Shown: piece by piece, positions 58,499 through 64,000 of the stretch
Layout: every line of letters begins with the position of its first letter
How positions within the stretch are numbered: position 1 is the stretch's first letter
Assembly: GCA_947501605.1 (NCBI GenBank)
Contig: CANMWZ010000006.1
Location: forward strand, 64,001-128,000
DNA from: Planctomycetota bacterium
GTDB lineage: Bacteria; Planctomycetota; UBA1135; UBA2386
Length of the DNA: 64,000 bases
Reading direction: 5' to 3'
The notes under the pieces: model-generated
The model's database searches: none
What the model saw: the letters and a program-made list of their open reading frames with translations, nothing else
What the model was told of the DNA's origin: nothing
Position numbers and translations under genes: made by a program

Positions 58499-59782
58499 AT
58501 GCTCGGCTCCCTCGCCCCCCTGTTCGGCGTGCTTCTCGGTGCGGGCCTCTCGGCGCTGATCGCGCAGGCTCCCGCCACCCGACCGATCTCGCGTTGGCAG
58601 CCACCTGGCCATCAGGACCGCGGCCTGCCGAAGCCCGACGCCGTCTGGAGCCCGTACGACGAAGGTCCGCAGCATCCGGCCAACCGCGTGTTCGCAGCGA
58701 TCTGGCTCGCGCGACTGCAGCCAGCGGAGGTCGCCGCTGCCTTGCCGACCGAGCATTCCGGCGCATCGAAGTTCTTCACCAACGGCTGGTACTTCAAGAA
58801 GCGCGACGGCCGCGACGGCGACGAGCGCTGGTTTGGCGGCGATGGCCTGCAGTTGCCGCGCGAGCGTTTCACCGCAGCAGAATCTGCAGCCCTCATCGAC
58901 TTGTTGCTCGCGATCGACGGCGAACTCGCCGCCAACCTTCGTTCGCGGCCGCAGTCGTGCATCTGGTTGCAGAACGACCTGCTCCGCACCGCCCGGCGGT
59001 TGCTCGATACCGACGCCAACTCTGAGCTGCTGCTGCCACTGCTGCGCGCGGCCGAACGGCTGGCCTTGCCCGCCGCCACACTCGAGGACGCGAGCCTGTC
59101 GACCTTTGGGCTCGAGAGCCTCACCGCCGTCGAACCAGCGCTAGCACACGGGCGCCTGGTCGAACTCGACCGCCGTTCGTCGCGCCTGTTCGACGCCGAG
59201 CATTCGCTGCTCTGGTCGCGCGTCTTCGTGCAATGGCCAGAGACCGCCGAGCCGGACCTTCAGGGCTACCTCGAGGCTGCCGCCAACAAGCTGCAGCCCT
59301 CGATCCCGCTGCAGACGCGCGCCGTGCTCATCCAGGGCCTCGTAGCGATCGACGACCAGGGGCGGCCGCGAGCCACATCCATCGCCATCGACGTGCGCCT
59401 GCAGATCTTCGCCAACGCGGATCCACTGTCTGTCGCCAACACGACGACGACGCACGACGGCATCGCGTTCCGCGCCTTCTGGCTGGAGCGCCAGACGCTC
59501 CGCGAACGCGGCGCCAACCTCAAGTTGTCCGACTTCCGCGAACTCGCCGACGAAGACCAGGTGCTGTTTCGCGACTACGGCTCGCTGAAGCACACGACCG
59601 TCGCCGCCCAATGCTCGTTGTGCCATCGACGCACCGACACTCCAGAGCAAGACCTCGCCGGCTTCCCGGTACTGCGCAGGACCTCCGAGCCCAAAAGCCA
59701 CATCGCTGCGGACACCCGCCTTCGACGTGCCGAGGCTGAGTTCGAGCGCTTCCTCGTCGCGCTGCGTTCCGCTGTGAAGTGA
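58499..59782 (+). CDS. Exported hypothetical protein with a single CxxCH (possible c-type cytochrome)
   Basis: Signal-like N-terminus; CSLCH near the C-terminus. Confidence 0.6.
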   Translation: MLGSLAPLFGVLLGAGLSALIAQAPATRPISRWQPPGHQDRGLPKPDAVWSPYDEGPQHPANRVFAAIWLARLQPAEVAAALPTEHSGASKFFTNGWYFKKRDGRDGDERWFGGDGLQLPRERFTAAESAALIDLLLAIDGELAANLRSRPQSCIWLQNDLLRTARRLLDTDANSELLLPLLRAAERLALPAATLEDASLSTFGLESLTAVEPALAHGRLVELDRRSSRLFDAEHSLLWSRVFVQWPETAEPDLQGYLEAAANKLQPSIPLQTRAVLIQGLVAIDDQGRPRATSIAIDVRLQIFANADPLSVANTTTTHDGIAFRAFWLERQTLRERGANLKLSDFRELADEDQVLFRDYGSLKHTTVAAQCSLCHRRTDTPEQDLAGFPVLRRTSEPKSHIAADTRLRRAEAEFERFLVALRSAVK

Positions 59783-59787
59783 CGCTC

Positions 59788-59810
59788 AGCCCGCCGGCGC
59801 GGGCTTTGTT
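59788..59810 (+). terminator. Possible intrinsic terminator
   Basis: AGCCCGC-CGGC-GCGGGCT followed by TTGTT, right after the stop. Confidence 0.5.
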
Positions 59811-60014
59811 CCATCGCCCGCTCCGGTTTGCACAGAAGCACCCGTCACTCGACGTCAGGGGTGTCCAGACCGCGACCAGGGCGTTCGTAGTTGCCGTGCA
59901 GACGGTGCCAACAGCCAACGTCGGCAAGAGGATCCCGGAGTTGCTGCCAGCGCCAGCGGCACGTTCGTCCAGGACCGCAGGGAACGACGATCGCGTCGGG
60001 ACCGTTTCGGCCGC

Positions 60015-61658
60015 TCACCAATTCGTGGCTGCGCGCGCCGCTGCCGCCGCCTTCGCCGTCGCTTCGACGCGCAGGTCGCCCTCGGGCAACATCGTCGCGG
60101 CGATCACCGCATCCTCGGGCCGCCCACAGCGCAGCGCCACGTCGATCGCAGCCTCGAGCAACTCCACACGACGAGCGCTTGCGAGCGGATCGCGGTCGAC
60201 GATCGAAGCGACAAAGTCATGCAACGCGCGATCGACGCGAAACAACTCAAAGCGTGTGTGCCCGTGCGTGGTCTCGCCGCCAGGTCGCTTGCCGAGACTC
60301 ACGAATGCCTCGACACCCTGACCAAAGTACTCCGCTTCGTTGGTGGCCGCGTAGTAGTCAAGGCAGAACCCCTGTTGCTTTGCCTTGTGGTACAGCTCCC
60401 GGATGCGCGCCTGATCGACCGGCTTCAGCGCGTAGTAGTGAACCTGATGGGCCAACTCGTGCACCAGTGTGTCAAACCCATGCTGTGCCGCTTCGTCGAG
60501 TGCTTCGATGCCGGTTGCTGCCGACAATCCGCCGATGCCGCGCACGTCGTCCCACACCCGCCCGTCAAACGTCCGCCGCCCGCGCAGCATCGAACGCGAC
60601 TCGGAGTCTGTCGTGCGGTCGACTTCGAGCAGGAGATCGTGTTTGCCGCCGATCACGATCATCCGCTTGAGCCGACTGCCGAATAGCGCCATGGCACGCT
60701 CGACCACGGCGCGTCGTGCGCCCGTGAGCTGGTCGTACGCAGGCATGAAGTCGGCGATTGGCAGGCTGCCGACATCGGGCGCCGCGAGCGCCGTGCGCAG
60801 TCGCGCGAAGGCCTCGTCGCGCATTGCCATGCTGGCCAGCGTGCGCTGCTGCAACAGTGCTTCCCCGAGCAGTCGATGTACGACCGGATTGTCTGAATCG
60901 ACAGCGAGGCACGTCGACAGGGCGGCAATGGCCCGGGCCAGCTCGCCGCGCTGCATGGCAGCGACAGCAGCATGGATCTCGAGCCCGATGACGACAGTGC
61001 GCGGGTTCATCAGCCCGGAGCCGAGCCGGAGGTGCGCTTCGGCATGAAGGGGATCGCGCTCGATGACTGCCTTGTAGACCAAGCCCGCATCCTCGGTCCG
61101 CTGCACGCGGAACAGCGCCGACGCCTGCGCCGCCAGCAAGGGTGCGCTCGGCGCAACAATGCGGCCGGTGTAGTCGGCGGCGCACTGCATCGCCGCCTCG
61201 AACTGCCGCGCCCGGATCCGCGCGCGCACCGCCAGCGTCATCGCCGGCTCGGACAGCGCGTCGCTGAGGAGTGCTTGGTCGGCATAGGCCTGCGCGATCG
61301 ACGCGCGGCCGAGCAACAGATGCGCGCGACCGAGGCCGATGCGCGCGTCCTCGTTGCTGGGTGCCGCCAGCGCTGCGGCCTGAAACGTGCGCCACGACAC
61401 CACGGGGTCCTCGGCCTCGAGTGCGCGTTCTCCCGCCTGCACCAACTCGGATGCGGATGCGACCTCGGTCAGCGGCGCCGGCCCAGGTCCTGGTCCCGGC
61501 CCAGGCACGAGGAACGGCACCGCCCCCTGCGCCGACAACGAGCCCAGAGCGAGGGCAAAGGCCGCAGCGCAGATAGGGTGCGGCGTGGGGCAAGCGCTGG
61601 CCCGCTTTGGGGAGGAGTAGGTCACAACGGAACTCGGCGTCCCGTCGTTTTCGGCCAT
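60015..61658 (-). CDS. TPR-repeat protein with C-terminal zincin metallopeptidase domain
   Basis: TPR-like helices; TLVHELAHQVH and YAATNEAEYFGQG; start position uncertain. Confidence 0.8.
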   Translation of the reverse strand: MAENDGTPSSVVTYSSPKRASACPTPHPICAAAFALALGSLSAQGAVPFLVPGPGPGPGPAPLTEVASASELVQAGERALEAEDPVVSWRTFQAAALAAPSNEDARIGLGRAHLLLGRASIAQAYADQALLSDALSEPAMTLAVRARIRARQFEAAMQCAADYTGRIVAPSAPLLAAQASALFRVQRTEDAGLVYKAVIERDPLHAEAHLRLGSGLMNPRTVVIGLEIHAAVAAMQRGELARAIAALSTCLAVDSDNPVVHRLLGEALLQQRTLASMAMRDEAFARLRTALAAPDVGSLPIADFMPAYDQLTGARRAVVERAMALFGSRLKRMIVIGGKHDLLLEVDRTTDSESRSMLRGRRTFDGRVWDDVRGIGGLSAATGIEALDEAAQHGFDTLVHELAHQVHYYALKPVDQARIRELYHKAKQQGFCLDYYAATNEAEYFGQGVEAFVSLGKRPGGETTHGHTRFELFRVDRALHDFVASIVDRDPLASARRVELLEAAIDVALRCGRPEDAVIAATMLPEGDLRVEATAKAAAAARAATNW

Positions 61659-61779
61659 CGCAGGTGCCCAACTGCGGTGCGGTCGCAGGTTCGCGCACGG
61701 GCGCCATGGCGCCGAGGTGTTCGAGCTCAGGCAACGCGCAGCAAGGGCCGATGGCATCGGCGCTGCTGCGTTGCGGCGA

Positions 61780-63000
61780 TCACAGACGGGCGGCGAGGAC
61801 TTCGATCTTCTCGACGTCCAAGACGCGCAGGCTCTCGAAGTTTGGCCGGCGACTGGCGCCGATCAGGCCAAGTTCGCAATCGACGAACAGACTCAGGTCG
61901 TAGCGACCGCTCTGGCAATTGACCTCGAACAACTGCTTGCCGCCCTTCTCGACGACGTAGCGGCCGGCGCCGGTCAGACCCTTCACCCAACGCAGGAAGC
62001 CGATCGCCTGGAAGCGATCGAGTGCGTCCGGCACGACGGCCGGCGCCATTTGCGTCAGGCCCTCGACGGGCTTCGGCTGCTCGTCACGAACAATCGTCGC
62101 CTCGACGACCCACTGCTGCGTGCCGATGCGACGCTTGAACTCCTCGACCAACGGCTTCAGGTCGGCGTCATTCTGAGCCTGCGCGAGCAACTCGTCGGTC
62201 GCAGCTGCGATGCCGGCCAGTTTCTGCTCACGCGGTGCCTTCTTCAGTTCGGTGGCGAAGTCCCCGTGCAGCGCCGCCAGCTTCTCTCGTCGCTCCTTCG
62301 CGATCTTCGTGGCTTCGAGATCCTTGGCGATCGCCTCGATGCGCGACGTGACCTCGGCCCGCTGCACCTTCTCGAACTCGGCAAAGGCGAGCGTCATCGT
62401 CTCTGGTGGGTTGTCGAACACCTGAATCTCGGTGTCGAGCACCCAGCAAACGGTGCTGGCGTTGCGCACCTTCCACCACTCATCCTGCTCGCCCGTGACC
62501 CAGAGTTCCGTGCCTTCTGGCAGCGTGGTGACTGGCGCCTCTCCCGACTTCGGGCGATAGCGGAAGGCGACGCTCTTGCTCTTGACCGCCACCTTGCCCT
62601 CGGCCGTCGGCTCGTTGGCAAAGCTCTTGTGCACGAAGCCGATCGGGCCGAGCGGCAAGAGGACTTCGCGGAAGCCGGCTTCGCTGCGACCGACGCGTAG
62701 GACGGTGTCCTTGGCAACCGTGCCTTCGTAGACCGGCGAGTTGGCGGTCGGCCAAACGCGCAGCGTCGCCGTAGCCGCCATCACACTTGCCATCCCAGTG
62801 CCCTGAATCCCAGCACCCTGAGCGGTAGGCGCCGACGGCGGCGCGGCAGGATCTGCCGCACTCGGTGCCGGAGTAACGCCGGCTGCTGGAGTGACGGGTG
62901 TTGGTGTTGCAGTCGTGTTCTCTTGCGCGATCAGCGCCGAGGCGAACACCACCGAGAAGAACGTAGGAACCGCACGACCGATCAATGGATGCAGAAACAT
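61780..63000 (-). CDS. Exported protein with two SH3b-like domains, coiled coil and C-terminal beta domain
   Basis: Signal peptide, Pro/Ala linker, LRVWPT.NSP...GFVHKSF and FRYRPKSG...WWKV...CWV. Confidence 0.7.
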   Translation of the reverse strand: MFLHPLIGRAVPTFFSVVFASALIAQENTTATPTPVTPAAGVTPAPSAADPAAPPSAPTAQGAGIQGTGMASVMAATATLRVWPTANSPVYEGTVAKDTVLRVGRSEAGFREVLLPLGPIGFVHKSFANEPTAEGKVAVKSKSVAFRYRPKSGEAPVTTLPEGTELWVTGEQDEWWKVRNASTVCWVLDTEIQVFDNPPETMTLAFAEFEKVQRAEVTSRIEAIAKDLEATKIAKERREKLAALHGDFATELKKAPREQKLAGIAAATDELLAQAQNDADLKPLVEEFKRRIGTQQWVVEATIVRDEQPKPVEGLTQMAPAVVPDALDRFQAIGFLRWVKGLTGAGRYVVEKGGKQLFEVNCQSGRYDLSLFVDCELGLIGASRRPNFESLRVLDVEKIEVLAARL

Positions 63001-63187
63001 GGTAGTAGCCCTCCGGAACCTTCCTGCGCCAGCCGAGCTCCGGGGACCAAACCGGCGGCAGCACAAGATCGGCGCACCATACCGGGGCAGTGGGCTCGCG
63101 CAACGCCAGTCTCCGCCACCCAGGGCCGGGCCAGCGAAAGCCGCCGCCATGGTGGCAGAATGCCGCTGACCCCTACGCTGCGTGCCG

Positions 63188-63880
63188 ATGCGCCCCTGCG
63201 ATCTCCCTTGGCTGCCGCGCGCCCTGCAGGTGCTGGACCTGCGCAGCACCGACCGCCTGCTCCTTTGCCTGCCCGGCCATGCCGAGGTTGCCAAGGCGGT
63301 CGCCATCGCCCTGGGCAGCAAGGGGGAGCTGACGGTTCTGGAACCCCGCCGGGTGGTGGCCGAGGCCATTGCCGCGGCGCAGCCTGACGCCGAGGTCGTG
63401 GCCATGGATGTGGCCGGCAACCACCACTTTGGGGACTTTGACGCCCTCCTACTGGTGCCCTTCGCGCCACCAGCGCGTCCGGCTGCCGAATGGGCCCGCT
63501 TCGTCGCCCGAAACCTCCGCCCCGGGGGGCGCTTTGCGGTCGATCTCCCGGCGGAGGATCCATGGCCGGACCTCGCGGCGGCGGCCGCCACGGCGCAACT
63601 GCCGGCGACCGTGGCGCTGCGTAGCGCCCTGCGCGGGGTCAGCGAGTCGGACCTGGGAAGCGCCCTGAAGTCAGCCGGATTGCGCCGCGTCGATGCCTTG
63701 TTGGGCACGCACCTCGTGGCGTTTGCTTCGCCGTTCGAGGCCGCGGAGTTGATCGGCGACGCACTCCGGCTGGCCGAGAGCGAGCGTTTGCAGATCGGCT
63801 CGGCGCTCGCACATCGGTGCCAAGCAACCGCCGCCGTCGAGCTGCGCGTGCTCCGCTGTGCCTTCGCCGGCATGCGGTGA
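63188..63880 (+). CDS. Degenerate class I SAM-methyltransferase-like protein
   Basis: LDLRSTDRLLL, LTVLEP, FDALL, NLRPGGRFAV; lacks the canonical GxGxG. Confidence 0.55.
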   Translation: MRPCDLPWLPRALQVLDLRSTDRLLLCLPGHAEVAKAVAIALGSKGELTVLEPRRVVAEAIAAAQPDAEVVAMDVAGNHHFGDFDALLLVPFAPPARPAAEWARFVARNLRPGGRFAVDLPAEDPWPDLAAAAATAQLPATVALRSALRGVSESDLGSALKSAGLRRVDALLGTHLVAFASPFEAAELIGDALRLAESERLQIGSALAHRCQATAAVELRVLRCAFAGMR

Positions 63881-63929
63881 CGCTCACGCTGCGCTCGCGC
63901 GCTGTCTGGTGGCGCGGTATGCCCTCCGT

Positions 63930-64000
63930 ATGCCTGCCCCTTTGCACCCGCCGAAAGCCGCCCTGCGCGCGTTGCTGATCCGCGAGTACGGCCTCGACGG
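63930..64000 (+). CDS. Probable start of a further CDS (partial)
   Basis: MPAPLHPPKAALRALLIREYGLD, open to the window end. Confidence 0.3.
   Translation, partial: MPAPLHPPKAALRALLIREYGLD

Overview
High-GC, gene-dense bacterial chromosome segment. It is probably from an uncultured Planctomycetota lineage (OM190-like); this is inferred from protein styles (Ser/Thr kinase-TPR, carboxypeptidase-regulatory-like proteins, large secreted proteins sharing a C-terminal domain, multiheme cytochrome). Recognisable genes are kdsA, a fabZ-like dehydratase, rnhB, valS, mutM, queD, a stand-alone fusA, nagA, glpD, lpxD, a PTS IIA and a type II secretion gspD-E-F block. I saw no rRNA, tRNA, CRISPR array, transposase or integrase. 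The most notable observations are: (1) an archaeal/eukaryotic Pus10-type tRNA pseudouridine synthase reduced to its catalytic domain; (2) an unannotated ~175-nt rod-shaped RNA with 6S RNA architecture followed by a terminator; (3) a two-gene islet encoding a 12-Cys secreted protein preceded by a 13-bp tandem repeat; (4) an ~80-bp dispersed repeat ending in a -10 box upstream of both valS and a secreted protein; (5) a shared, putatively sorting, C-terminal domain on two unrelated secreted proteins; (6) a membrane-anchored tandem beta-carbonic anhydrase with a His-rich stalk; (7) an octaheme cytochrome coupled to a small His-bearing membrane protein; (8) a recurring leaderless-promoter signature. 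All calls come from motif reading by eye, with no database searches.
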